Part shown: one piece after another, positions 49,578-62,000 of the stretch
How the letters are laid out: every line of letters starts with the position of its first letter
Numbering within the stretch: the stretch's first letter is position 1
Source: Chiloscyllium plagiosum
Taxonomy: Eukaryota
NCBI RefSeq assembly: GCF_004010195.1
Contig: NC_057750.1
Coordinates: 3,711,450-3,773,449 of the forward strand
Length of the DNA: 62,000 nucleotides
Direction: 5' to 3'
The notes under the pieces: model-generated
What the model was told of the DNA's origin: nothing
The model's database searches: none
Seen by the model: only the letters and a program-made list of their open reading frames with translations
Made by a program: the position numbers and the translations under genes

Positions 49578-52500
49578 TTAGAATCATAGAATCATACAGC
49601 ATGGAAACAGATCCTTCGGCTCAACCAGTCATGCTGACCATAATCCCAAACTAAACTATGCCCATTTTCTTGTACCTGACCAATAACCTTCCAAACATTT
49701 CTTAATCATGTACTTACCTAAATGTCTTTTAAACATTGTAACTACCTGCATCCACCACTTCCTCTGGAAGTTCATTCCACACATGAACCACCCTCTGTGT
49801 AAAAAAAAGGTTGTCTCTCACGTCTTTTTAAAATATTTGTCCTTTCACCTTAAAAATATGCCCCCAGTCTTGAAATTCCCCAACCTTAGGGAAAAAAAAA
49901 CACCTGCCATTCACCTTGTTTATACCCCTCATGATTTTATAAACCTCTATAAGGTCACCCCTCAACCTCCTATGCTCCAGTGAAAAAAGTGCCAGCATAA
50001 TCATTCTCCCCTTATAACTCAAACCGTCCATTCCCAGCAACATCTCTTCTGAACCCTTGCCTGCTTCATAATATCCTTCCTATAACACGTCAACCAGCAC
50101 TCCAGAAGAGACATCATCAATGTCTTGTATAACCTTAACATAATGTGTCAACTCCTATACTCAAAGGTCTGAGCAATGATGCCTTCTTAACCACCCTATC
50201 TATATGTGATGCAAACCTCAAAGCTTTATGTACTTGAACCCCTAAATCTCTCTGTTCGATAATACTACCCAAGGCCTCACTTCTAATTGTATGAGACCTG
50301 CCCTTGTTTGGTTTTACCAAATGCAAATTAAACTCCATTTGCCACTCTTCACCCCATTGATCTAATTGATCAAGATCTCTTCGTAATCTTAGATAATCTT
50401 CTTCACTGTCCACCACACTATCAATTTTGGTGTCATCCGCAAACTTACCAACCATGCCTTCTTTATTCTCATCAAAATCGTTCACGTAAAACACCAGTGG
50501 TCGCAGGTCATCAGCCCAAAAAAACTGTTATCATTCTCTATCTCCTGTTAATTTTGTATCTAATTGGCAAGCTCATCCTGAATCTCATGCGATCTAACAT
50601 TATTAATTAGTCTACCATGTGGAACCTTATATTTGACTTTGCTAAAGTCCAGTAAATAATGTCTACTGTTCTGCCCTCATCAATTTTCTTGGTTAGTTCC
50701 TCAAAAAACTCAATAATATTTGTGGGACACGATTTTCCTCACTCAAAATCATGCTGACTATCCCTAATCATTCCATGCCTCTCCAAATGCATACTATTCC
50801 GATCCTTCAGAATTACTTCCAACAACTTATCCACCACTGAAGTCAGACTCACTGGTCTATAATTCCCTGGCTTCTCCTTACATCCTTCTTAAACAAAAGC
50901 ACATCATTAACCACTCGCCAGTCATCCAGCACCTTACTGTAGTTATAGATCATACAAATATTTCTGCTATAGGCCCTGCAATTTCCTCCCTAACTTCCCA
51001 CAACATCATGTGATACAATAGATCAGGTCCTGGAGATTTAGCCACCTTTATATTTTCTAAGATCTCCAGTACTTCCTCTTCTGTAGTGTGAACTGTTTTC
51101 AAAACATCAATATTTATTTCCGAGTTCTCTAGCCTCCATTGCTTTCTCCAGAGTAAAAACTGACGTGAAACGTTCATTTAATATCTCTCCCATCTCTTGA
51201 GGTTCAATAGAAAGATAATCTCTTTGATCTTTAAAGGGCCCTACTCTCTCTCTGGTTGCTCTCTTGCTCTTAATCTACCTGCAGAACCACTTTGGATTAT
51301 CCTTAACCTTATTTGCCATGGCTATCTCATATCCTCTCTTTGCCTTCCTGATTTCCCTCTTAAGAATGCCCCTAAACTCTTTATATTGTTCAAGAGATTC
51401 ATTTGAACCAAGTTGTTTATATCTAATATACAATTATTTTTATTCTTGACTAAAACCTCAATACCTGTATTCATCCATTGCTCTATAATCCTATCACCCT
51501 TACCTGTCACTCTAAAAGGAACATAACGATTCTGAACTCTCATTACCACACTTTTGAATTTGGAGATGCCAGTGTTGGACTGGGGTGTACAAAGTTAAAA
51601 ATCACACAACACCAGGTTATAGTCCAACAGGTTTAATTGGAAGCACACTAGCTTTGCTCCTTCATCAGGTGGTAGTGGAGGGCTCAATCCTAACACACAG
51701 AATTTATAGCAAAAATTTACAGTGTGATATAACAGAAATTATACTTTGAAAAATTGATTGTCTGTTAAGCCTTTCATCTGTTAGAATACCGAGACAGTTT
51801 CACTTCTTTCATGTGTAAATCAGAAAATCTTTTTTTTTAAAAGTTGCATTCCCGGGTTAGCTGTTAACAATGGTGATAGCTAGACAATATGTTGAAGGTG
51901 TTGGCCCCCTGTGTTCGTTGTCTATGCCAAGATGTTTAGATTGATTCTAATCTAAAAAGTGAGATAATGGAGCTTTACATAAATTCATGCAGTTTTTGAG
52001 CTCAGAGTTCTACATGAATGCATGCAGTTTTTGAGCAAAGTACAGTGTGCTTCCAATTAAACCTGTTGGACTATAACCTGGTATTGTGTGATTTTTATTC
52101 CTCATTCCTGAAGAAGGGCTCATGGCCGAAACATCGATTCTCCTGCTCCTTGGATGCTGCCTGACCTGCTGTGCTTTTCCAGCAACACATTTTCAGCTTG
52201 TGTGATTTTTAACTTTGTACACACTTTTGAAAGCCTCCTACTTATCAGACATCCCTTTACCTGTGAACAGTCTACTTTAATCAATTTTTGAAAGTTCTTG
52301 TCTCATACCATTAGAATTTCCCATACTCCAATTAAAAACTTTAATTTTTATGGAAGGCTTATCCTTTTACATGACTATTTTAAAGCAAATAGAATTATGA
52401 TCATTAGACTCAAAATGTTCCCCTAATATCACTTCAGTCACTTGTCCTGTCTTATTACCCAAGGGAAAGTCAAGTTTTGCTCCTTCTGTAGTGGAAATAT

Positions 52501-52725
52501 TTCTATATTGATAAAGAAAATTTTCTTGAACACATTTAAGAAGTTTGTTAACAACCTCAACATAATGTCTCAACTCCTATACTCAAAGGTCTGAGCAATG
52601 ATGCAAGCAAGCTAAATGCCTTCTTAACCACCCTATCTACATGTGATGCAAACTTCAAATAATTATATACTTGAACTCCTTGGTGTCTCTGTTTTACAAC
52701 ACTACTCAAGGCCTCATTTCTAATT
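49578..52725 (-). mobile_element. Degenerate CR1 containing nested PLE insertions; extra internal CR1 segment at 52551-52725
   Basis: KFADDTKID; KSPGPD; RRLRGDLIEVYKIMRG; 52551-52725 repeats ~50131-50288. Confidence 0.88.
51559..52219. mobile_element. PLE family B insertion with inverted termini, itself containing a family A fragment (52098-52197)
   Basis: Outer 12-bp TSD CACACTTTTGAA (51547-51558, 52220-52231); inner 14-bp TSD TTGTGTGATTTTTA (52084-52097, 52198-52211). Confidence 0.85.
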
Positions 52726-53369
52726 GACTTGCAGACAAATTGCAGATTCCTAAACCAAACAATCTGATGCATGTTGTCATAAGGGGTTAAGTCTGACAGC
52801 ATGATATGCTAATAAGACACATATGCATCATCAGAGGAAGTGATGCAGTATCACATGGGTGGCAACACGAAGCCTTAGTAAGATGTTTTTAAATGAAGTT
52901 AATATTTTCCTCTCTGTAAAAAATGTATTGCTGCACAATGTGACCACGAATGTTATTATATGTTAGTGTGCAGGTGTCAAGTGTACTGGGACAAGCCATA
53001 AAGTATTATTTTTCTGAGTGAAGATTTTTGACAAGGATTATTGTCTCTGATTCAGAATAGACCCTATTTGGTTGGCTACTTAGCTTCCTTTCTGCACCAG
53101 GAGGCTGTTGGCTAGGTAATGTCCTATCTCCTGCCTGCTGAAAGACAGCAGCAAGTTCCATCATGGTTGCCACCTGCCTTTAAGGGTTCTGCACAGCAGT
53201 CAGTTCCCACCTCCTAGCTTGCTCAGTGTCACTAGTTTGGAGTGGAGCTCAATGCTGAAAATTAGTACATCTACACATGAAGATAATGCATTTATCTCAC
53301 TTCTTTTACAACCACAGTATGCCCCGCCCCATAGCACTTTAGTCGGTTAAATGTTCCTCACCTTCAGCC

Positions 53370-53715
53370 ACTACTGTTAGGTAGGAAATGCAACATCCAA
53401 TTTTCACACAGCAAGCTCCCAGATCAGCAATGTGATAAATGACCAGATAATTTATTGATATTGATTGTAGGTTAATGTTTAGCCAGAACACCAGGAAGAA
53501 CTCTCTTTCTCTTCTGAAAAACAGTATCTTCGGATCTCCTACCATCACCCAAGAATCCAGCCAGATACCTTGGTTCAATGATTCAATAGTGATCCTGAAA
53601 GATGGAATTTCCAATAATACAAGAATCGCCTTAACACTGTATTGAGATCATCAGCCTGGATAATGTGCTTTAGTCTAAAGAGGAACTTGGAACTCTCAAC
53701 TTTCTGCCTCAGAAA
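53370..53715 (-). mobile_element. Deu-domain SINE
   Basis: Colinear similarity with 41740-42180. Confidence 0.65.
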
Positions 53716-54169
53716 CAATTCCAATTCCTTTTATGGTTAAACAAATTAAAGATTCTCTGCATTTTCCTCATAGCTATGTAAAGGATCACTGCCTAGAATT
53801 GATTTATTGATAAAATATTTGATGCAAATAAAGAATTTATTCCAAATTTGCCTCCTCTCCCCCCATTAATTATAGGGGGGATGAATAATTAATGTTATTA
53901 GTTGACCTCTGACATTGCTCACAAAGCTCAGGATTTTCTGAGGCATCCATGGTGGCCTGGGAAGCAGGTGAAATTGGAAAATGGTGGCACAAGGCGTGCG
54001 CTGGCACTGCAGAGGGATTTTCCCAGTGACAGGAAAATCAGGGCTTTGGCTACCTACTGAGTAGGGGCAGAGTGACAGCATTGTGGGTTTCCTGGATGAT
54101 ATTGAGCCTTGTTTTTCAGAGGCTCCATGCCGTGAAAGGGGAATAATGACACTGCTGGAGTGACTCCAC

Positions 54170-54380
54170 CTTCCAAAGATGTGCAGGGTGTCTGGATTGG
54201 CCATGCTAAATTGCCCATTGTGTCTAGGGATGTGCTGGCTAGGTGGATTAGCCAAGGGAAATGCAGAGACGTTGGGATAGGGTTGGTGGGTGGGTGTGGA
54301 TGTGATGCTCTTCAGAGGGAAGGTATGCACTAAGTTGGCTGAAAGGTCTGCTTCCATACAGTAGGGATTCTACGATTCTA
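54170..54380 (+). mobile_element. HE1/V-SINE 3' half
   Basis: CCAAAGATGTGCAGG..GATTGGCCATGCTAAATTGCCC..GTAGGGATTCTA; similar to 58860-59170. Confidence 0.75.
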
Positions 54381-54899
54381 TTCTAAGCACAGGTGGAAGA
54401 CACCTGCCATAGTAAGCTGGTCATCTCAAAGACTGCATAGTCATTTTACACGTTGATTGGCAGACAATGTGACATCTGCATTGTCAAAGGTGAGGAGCAG
54501 GAGTACAGAACCTCATCACAACATCACAGACAGGTAAATATGAGTTGCATCACTGCAACTGAGGTATTAGCAACTGCTTATAATGAAAATTATTGCAGGA
54601 AGAAAGAGCAACTATTACAGGAAATCGGAACTATGCAAACCTGAAAATAATGGACATGTGGATTAAGATGTAGGATGTTTTCAGGATTATTTATCTCAAA
54701 GTTAGAGCAGTTTCTGGCTCTAACTTTGAGATAAATAATCCTGAATGGAACAGTCTGTGTCAAAAACAGCAATTGCTGGAGAAACTCAGTAGGTCTGACA
54801 GCATCTATGTAGAGAATGAACAAAGAGTCTTTCTGTCTGGTCATTATTCATACGTGCACAAGTATTTTAACAGATGATCCATAAAGTATTGCATATAGA

Positions 54900-55350
54900 A
54901 CAAAATTATTGACCATTTATTTCCCATGACAGCTTTCCCATCAAATTAATACCCCACTGTTGTAAATCAGCGCATCCTCTCATCGCCTCATGCTGTGTCA
55001 AACCTGATCTGTTGACAATTTACTTGATTTGTGTTATGGGAAAAGGTGGGGGGTAGTGGTGTCGGACAAATCCCACTACGTGCTTGTCCACTGCCGTTGG
55101 TGGGGGGGCTGCCAATATCTCAGTGTGTCAATACACTGCTCAGTCGGACAGACTAGGTGTCGGGCTGCTACCAGTTGGCCCAACAGTTGACAAACTCTAG
55201 TTACGGTGGGGAGAGGAGATGGCCTGATAATTTCCAGTCAGCTCTGCTGCAAAGTGGGACATGAGCTAAGATGGAGAGGCGACATGGCGTGATGGTTTCT
55301 GCAGTCGAATAGTCGACTAACTTATTTTGCATAGGGAATAGCATTTAGCA
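54900..55350. promoter_or_regulatory. TE-free, CpG-retaining CNE-like block
   Basis: TGACAG, TGTCAA/TTGACA, ATCAAATTAAT, TGTAAATCA motifs; several CpGs; no TE similarity recognised. Confidence 0.4.
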
Positions 55351-56572
55351 AAGATATTTGGGACGCGTCAACTATGTACCTTGGAAAACTGAAGAGAAGA
55401 AACAGTAAACTCAATATCCTTAGTGACTAGGTAAGTACCAAGCTAACAATTTTAACAGAAGGATTACAGTCTGACAAAAATAACTAAAAGAACCTTTTCT
55501 CTGTCGTAAGTCACAGTAAAACCGCAAGGAAAGTATCACTTCATTGAATTACGTTCCTTTCAAATTGCAAATTGTTTCTCACAATATTTTCATGAGGAAA
55601 CAGTCAAGCCTTATTTGATGAAGAAAGTCAACAAGGATCCTGAGAGTCTGGAGAATGAAGCAAGCAGCACCTCGTGGCTAGAACATGACCAGAAATGGCA
55701 TACTGATCTGGGTAACGGCATTACAGAATTAACCAGAGAACATAATGATCTCCTCAGGGAGCGTCGCAAAAATTCTTAAAGCTGTCTGAAATGTGTAGAG
55801 TTTGAAAAGAATGTCGTCTGTAGGAATTTCTGGCTCAAAAGGTTAGAAATTCCTGGTGTCAATGGCTGCCCATTTGGCAATGAAACACGTGGCCTCGGAC
55901 AACAGGGCTATTTTTGTACTTTCAACACTGTGGTCTTCACAGAGGCCTCTATTACGGTCAGCCCAGGCTGTTTACTGAACTGGTCTGCCCTCAGTACTGC
56001 TCCACCATAAAAAAATAAATCAGACTGAAGAAATGATGATAAATATTTTTACAGGATTTTCTTATTTTACTTTATTTCTGTTGATTCAAGAAACCAAAAT
56101 GGGAACTTTAGTCAGCAGAGTGCCGATGACATCATGTACATAGTTTGATTGGTTGGGGAGCAGGAACAGTCTGAAAAGTGGGGAGATGTAGATTCGTAAA
56201 CACAAGCAAAGCACGCACAAGAGACATAACATACAAGATACGTGTATGAATACTTAAACTGTAGCTCACAAATTTGGGTTGGCATTCTATTTCAATACTG
56301 AGAAAATGCTGCACTGTTGGAATTGTTGATGAAGTGTTAAATAGTACCATTGTTACACATTCACGTGGTATGGTGATAGTGTCCTTATAGCAGGGTTCAA
56401 GTCCTACCAGCACCAGAGGTGTGTCATATCATGTCTGAATTTATTGATTTAAAAATATCTGGAAGACAAATAGATACATAAAAAACAGAAGTCCCTTACA
56501 CATAGGTACCTATACATACTAAGCAGAGGCACATAAGCATAATGTCTATACACACAATCATTTTGATACAGA

Positions 56573-56729
56573 GCTAAAAATCAAACAACAGGTTATAGTC
56601 CAACAGGTTTATTTGAAAGCACTAACCTGCGCTGCGAAAGCTGGTGCTTCCAAATAAACCTGTTGGACTATAACGTGGTGTTGTGTGATTTTTAACTTTG
56701 TACACCCCAATCCAACACCGGCACCTCCA
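56573..56729. mobile_element. PLE family B inverted-repeat fragment
   Basis: 17-bp TSD AATCATTTTGATACAGA at 56556-56572 and 56730-56746; internal IR GTTATAGTCCAACAGGTTTATTTG / CAAATAAACCTGTTGGACTATAAC. Confidence 0.85.
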
Positions 56730-57211
56730 AATCATTTTGATACAGATGTGGTGATTTTGACCCAACATACTTGTAATGATGTTTACCCCCCTAGCCAGTT
56801 TATTTAACCTTAGATAAAATCAGAACTGCAGGAAATATTCAACAAGCCAATTATCTGTATAAAGATTTTGGGGTTAACCAATCATTCAACCCATTGTTAT
56901 TTATTGGATCTTGTTATGTTAAAGTTGCTGTTGTATCTTCCTACAGAACAAGTGTTTACATTACATATAACTGCACACAAAACTTGTGAGCAAACACTTC
57001 ATATCCTGACAACCTTCACATTTAAAAAATTCTCCTCATCCAGTACCAATCCTTCTCTTATTCACTCCATTCATTTATCAATGGATGTAACTCATTTATA
57101 TTTACTCTCAACAATTAATCCCATCATTAACTTTTATTCAGAATTATAAGGGAGAGTCTTCAGACTTTGGTACAGAATACCATGCAGGCTAACTGTAGTT
57201 TTAGACTTATT

Positions 57212-57795
57212 CATAACACAGAGTCATACAACACAGAAACAGACCCTTTGGTCCAACTCATCCATGCTGACCAAGTTTCCCAAACAAAACTAGTCCCATA
57301 TGCCTGCGTTTGGTCCATATACTTTTGTATCCTTGTCCAAATGTCTTTTAAGTGTTGTAATTGTATCTACCACTTTGGCAGTTCATTCTGTATACAAACT
57401 GCCCTCTGTGTAAAAAAGTTGCTCCTCAGATCCCTTTTAAATCTTTCTCGTATCACCTTAAAAATATGCCCTCTAAATTTGAATTCCCTAATTCCTTTGC
57501 TACTCACGTTATCTACGCTGCTCATGATTTTATAAACCACTATAAGGTCACTCCTCAACCTCCTACTCTGCAACGAAAGAAGCTCCAGCCTATCCGGCCT
57601 CTTCATACCTTCCAGTCCCAGTAATAAATTTTTTGTGCACCCTCGCCAATTTAATAATATCCTTAGCAGGGCAACCAGAACTGTACACAGTCATCTAAAA
57701 GTGGCCTCATCAATGTACTGTACAACCACAACATGATGTCCCAACTCCTAAACTCAGTAATCTGAGCAATGATGATAAGCATGCCAAATGCTTCA
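57212..57795 (-). mobile_element. CR1 3' fragment
   Basis: RRLRSDLIVVYKIM..RDLRSNFFTQR. Confidence 0.85.
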
Positions 57796-58859
57796 CTAGG
57801 AAATCATGGATGGCGCACCTCCAGATGGTGAGGAATGAGGGATAGTTGACATCTTGTATCCACAAGCCTGAGGCAGATATATCATAAGGATCTGGACAAT
57901 CACCCACCCCCACTCCCTTCACATATTCACCATTAGCAGCAATTCCACTGTATGCCTGGGGCACATTTCACAGATAAAAACAGAGCATAGTTAAATAATA
58001 CTTTGCAATCACACTGTTTTCTCTTTTAAAAATAGGAGAGATGAGCCAAGGAAGTAAAGATGGGAGAAAGAAAATAAGGAAAAGAAAACCAGACGTGTTG
58101 TCAATTTTTTGTTGTTGTAGACTTGATGGAGATTGCTGAAATCGTTCTACACTCAATGACCACTAGATGGAATATGTGTTCTGAGTTTTCTAAACATATT
58201 TAAAATCTTGAATGTTCTGTAATAATACAAGCAAATGTTTACTTTTAACTGAATACATCATCTTTAAAAAAACCTTTAAAATATTATTCTACTCAGCAAA
58301 CAATAGGTGAAGCATGCCACACTGTTAGGTTATTAGGGAAAAAGCATCAACTGGGATTGTGAACTATGCCCTTCTTTAGCTCCATAGATAAATAAGCAGT
58401 AGACCAGGACTGAGATAAATTAACTGAGGAAAGAGTTGGAGGGGAACAACATGTCTCAGCAGCCTACGGTCTGAGGGGAGAGGGAGAGAGTGAGTGCATG
58501 TGTTTTGGGTGGTGGGCCAGCGAGTCGGGGTGCGGCATGAATCAATGTTAACCCAACCAGTTGAACGTCCTGTGATTCCTGCTTAAAAACTGACATTGGC
58601 ACCTTTCACTGGGTAGAAAGAATCAAGTTTATTCATATTGCGCTGCAGACCTGAATTGAATCATTGAAATTCACAATACAGAAGGGAATCATTTGGTCCA
58701 TCTTATCTGAGCTAACTCCTTTAAGGAGCTATTCAATTTGACCCACTCTACATCGCCCTTCATTTGTTCTCCTCTTATGTATATGTCCAATTCTAATTTG
58801 AAAATAACATTAACCAGATTATGCACTTATAGTTCATAACATTTATTCCATTAAACTTG

Positions 58860-59170
58860 AGGGTGGCTGTTGGCTCAGTGGTTAGCGCTACTGCCTCACA
58901 GTGCCAAACACTTGGGTTCAATTCCAACTTTGGGCGACTGTCTGTGTGGAGTTTGCACATTCTCCCCGTGTCTGTGTGGGTTTCCTCCCACAATCCAAAG
59001 ATGTGCAGGTTGGGTGAATTAGCCACAATATTCAGGCATGTGTAGGTTAGGTGCATAAGTTAGGGGTAAATGCAGGATAATAGAGGAATGGGTCTGGTGG
59101 GTTACTCTTCGGAGGGTCGGTATGGACTTGTTGCGGTGAACAGCCTGTTTCCACATTGTAGGGATTCTGT
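58860..59170 (+). mobile_element. HE1 / V-SINE, near full length
   Basis: A box TGGCTCAGTGG, B box GGTTCAATTCC, V-domain TGTGTGGAGTTTGCACATTCTCCCCGTGTCTG, tail GTAGGGATTCT. Confidence 0.88.
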
Positions 59171-59764
59171 GAAAACTTGCTTCTGTCCATTCTGGTTCTT
59201 TTGCCAATTATCTTAAATCTCTCACTTCTTGTAGCTAGCTCACTTGCCAAAGTAAACAGTTTCTCCTTGTTTGTCACTTGCAAAAACCTTCAAAAACTTT
59301 CATAAGTTTGAACATCACCATTAAAATTTCCCTTGACATTGAGCAGACTCTTACTCACCAGCTGTAGTTAAACATAAAGAATTAACACATGGTTGAGGTC
59401 CAGGGTAGAGAGTATGTAAGTATGGGGAGGGCGGCTACTATCATGCAGGTGGAAGTTCCAGCACAGAGCAATTCCACACTTCGTGAGCTGGGAAGGAAAA
59501 AATGTCCTCCTAAGGTGATTGGTGATGGTTGAGGGCCACTGTTTCAGCAAGCTTGGAAATATTGCTCCATTTTCAGCTCTATTTCTGCTGTGCAATTATT
59601 CAGTAATGATTACTTTGCAGATGTTAATGAAAACCCCAAAGTCAAGGAGCACCATAATTAAAAACAATGAAAATAAAAGCAAGAATAACAAACCACACAT
59701 AATTAGCACCTAGCCAGGTCCTGTGTCTCTCTGTATTTCATTGCCTGATTAAAAGCATTCTCAA

Positions 59765-59920
59765 GGAGCTCAAGACAATGGCCTAATAGTATTAATCTAG
59801 AAACCCAGCTATTGTTCTAGGGAGCTGGGTTCAAATCCTGTCATGACAGATGGTGGCATTTGAATTCAACAAAAGATCTGGTATTAAGAATCTATTGATG
59901 ACCATGAAATCATTGTCAAT
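59765..59920 (+). mobile_element. tRNA-derived SINE 5' part (same family as 8925-9270)
   Basis: GGTTCAAATCC..CAGATGGTGGCATTTGAATTCAA..GATGACCATGAAATCATTGTC. Confidence 0.7.
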
Positions 59921-61630
59921 TAGAATCATAGAAATGTAAAGCATGGAAAGCAACCCTTCAGTCCAACTTGTCCATGCTGATATCCTAAATTAATTTTGGC
60001 CCATATCCCTCTAAATCCTTCCTATTCATATACACACATCCAGATGCCTTTTAAATGCTGTAATTGTACCAGCCTCCACCACTTCCTTTGACAGCTCATT
60101 CCATGCATGCACCACCCTTTGTGCGAAAAAGTTGCCTCTTAGATCCCTTTTAAATCTTTCCCCTCTCACCTTAACCCTATGCCCTCTAGTTTTGGGGAAA
60201 AAGACCTTGACTGTTCATCCAATCCATGCCCCTCATAATTTCATAAACCTCTATAAGGTCACCTTTCAAATTCCATGGCTCCAGGGAAAATAGCCTTAGC
60301 CTATTCAGCCTCTCCCTATAGCTCAAATCATAAGACCATAAGACATAGGAGCGGAAGTAAGGCCATTCGGCCCATCGAGTCCACTCCGCCATTCAATCAT
60401 GGCTGATGGGCACTTCAACTCCACTTACCCGCATTCTCCCCGTAGCCCTTAATTCCTTGTGACATCAAGAATTTATCAATTTCTGCCTTGAAGACATTTA
60501 GCGTCCCAGCCTCCACTGCACTCTGTGGCAATGAATTCCACAGGCCCACCACTCTCTGGCTGAAGAAATATCTCCGCATTTCTGTTCTNNNNNNNNNNNN
60601 NNNNNNNNNNNNNNNNNNNNNNNNNNNNNNNNNNNNNNNNNNNNNNNNNNNNNNNNNNNNNNNNNNNNNNNNNNNNNNNNNNNNNNNNNNNNNNNNNNNN
60701 NNNNNNNNNNNNNNNNNNNNNNNNNNNNNCTTTCTTAATCATGGATTCAACCTGCATGTTTACCTTTAGAGAATCCTCAACTAGCACTCCCAGATCTCTT
60801 TGTATTTTGGCTTTATGAATTTTCTCACCGTTTAGAAAGTAGTCCATGCTTGTATTCTTTTTTCCAAAGTGCAAGACCTCGCATTTGCTCACTTTGAATT
60901 CCATCAGCCATTTCCTGGACCACTCCTCCAAACTGTCTCGTTCCTTCTGCAGCCTCCCCACTTCCTCAGTACTACCTGCCTGTCCACCTAACTTTGTATC
61001 ATCGGCAAACTTCGCTAGAATGCCCCCAGTCCCTTCCAACCCTACATTCCAACCCTAGCAGTATCCTTGTAAATCTTTTCTGAACCCTCAAGTTTCACAA
61101 TATCCTTTCTATAGCAGGAAGAGCAGAATTAAACTCAATATTCAAAAAGTGTCCTGTAACTTGACCTCCCAAATCCTATACTCAATGCACTGATGATAAA
61201 GGAAAGCTTACGAAATGCCTTCTTCACTATCTTGTCTACCTGCAACTCCACTTTCATGGAAGTATGAAACTGCACTCCAATTCCCTTTGTTCAGCAACAC
61301 TCCCCAGCACCTTACTAGTAAGTGTATAAGTCCTGCCCTGATTTGTCTTTCCAAAATGCAGCACCTCACACTTATCCAAATTAAACTCCATCTGCCATTC
61401 CTCATCCCATCTGATCCCGGTCCCATTGTATTCTGAGGCAACCTTCTTCACTGTCCACTACACCTCCAATTTTGGTATCGTCTGCAAACTTACTAACCAT
61501 ACCTCCTGTGTTCACATCAAAATCATTTATGTAAATGAAGAAAAGCAGTGGACCCAACACCGATCATTGCGGCACAGCACTGGTCACAGGCCTCCAGTCC
61601 GGAAAGCAACCCTCCAACATCACCCTTCAG
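59921..61630 (-). mobile_element. CR1 3' portion with a younger CR1 nested at ~60329-61035
   Basis: Outer: WQMEFNLDKCEVLHFG..RLFSLEP..GDLIEVY; inner: AKFADDTKLGG..EFKVSKCEVLHFGKK with its own 3'UTR. Confidence 0.85.
60589..60729. other. Assembly gap (N run)
   Basis: 141 N. Confidence 1.
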
Positions 61631-62000
61631 TGATATGACGGCCAGGTCTGGCTCAGAACACATTTCTGATTAATCACTAATTCAATCAGAGAGGAATTGC
61701 TATCCCTTGTAAACGAGATTTGAATGAGATTTCACTACTCACAGGGTGACTCATGTCTGGAAGTGTTGCTGAGAAATCTGTGGGATCTATATTCATCTCA
61801 TTTAGTATTTGATGAGTTCTATGGGGTGATCGATCACAGTCTCACGGTTATCCATACGTACCTAGTGCTAATTTTAAAAATTAGAATGTAAGTTGTATAT
61901 ATATTGTCATGTGTTACTGTTATAACTTTGAATAGTTACAGTTTTCATTTGTTAACACCATGGAATGTTGTGACTTTATTCTCTTTGTAAGTTCGTGGCA

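Noticed and set aside
4497..53829. About eight octamer (ATGCAAAT) sites across the window
   Set aside because: Several are expected by chance in 62 kb of AT-rich DNA; only those within motif clusters are mentioned.
58860..58935. tRNA-like A/B boxes
   Set aside because: Head of an HE1 SINE with no cloverleaf; not a tRNA gene.

Overview
AT-rich vertebrate genomic DNA. The repeat complement (HE1/V-SINE, Deu-domain SINEs, HER1-type CR1 LINEs, several Penelope-like element (PLE) families) points to a shark, probably a carpet/bamboo shark (inference). More than half of the window is degenerate transposable element: CR1 and CR1/L2-group LINEs, a Rex1/Babar element nested in a CR1, a Tx1/L1 fragment, RTE tails, PLE termini carrying minimal hammerhead ribozymes, a Tigger-like MITE and a non-autonomous Harbinger. 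Nearly all ORFs in the track are TE fragments or chance ORFs, and I recognise no intact protein-coding gene. The non-repeat signals are: (1) a CpG island (~35.9-37.9 kb) with a GABP/ETS site and a TCT/5'TOP initiator, apparently driving a compact minus-strand spliced transcript (4 predicted short exons, 37143 to 34065). It looks like a non-coding snoRNA-host gene and has a candidate H/ACA-type RNA in intron 3. (2) A dense RUNX/E-box/EBF/Ikaros motif cluster at ~16.8 kb, resembling a lymphoid/B-lineage enhancer. (3) Several TE-free, CNE-like blocks. Two N gaps are present. TE boundaries are approximate unless a TSD is given, and family names come from recalled motifs, not database searches. PLE/LINE family labels A/B/C are my own within-window labels.
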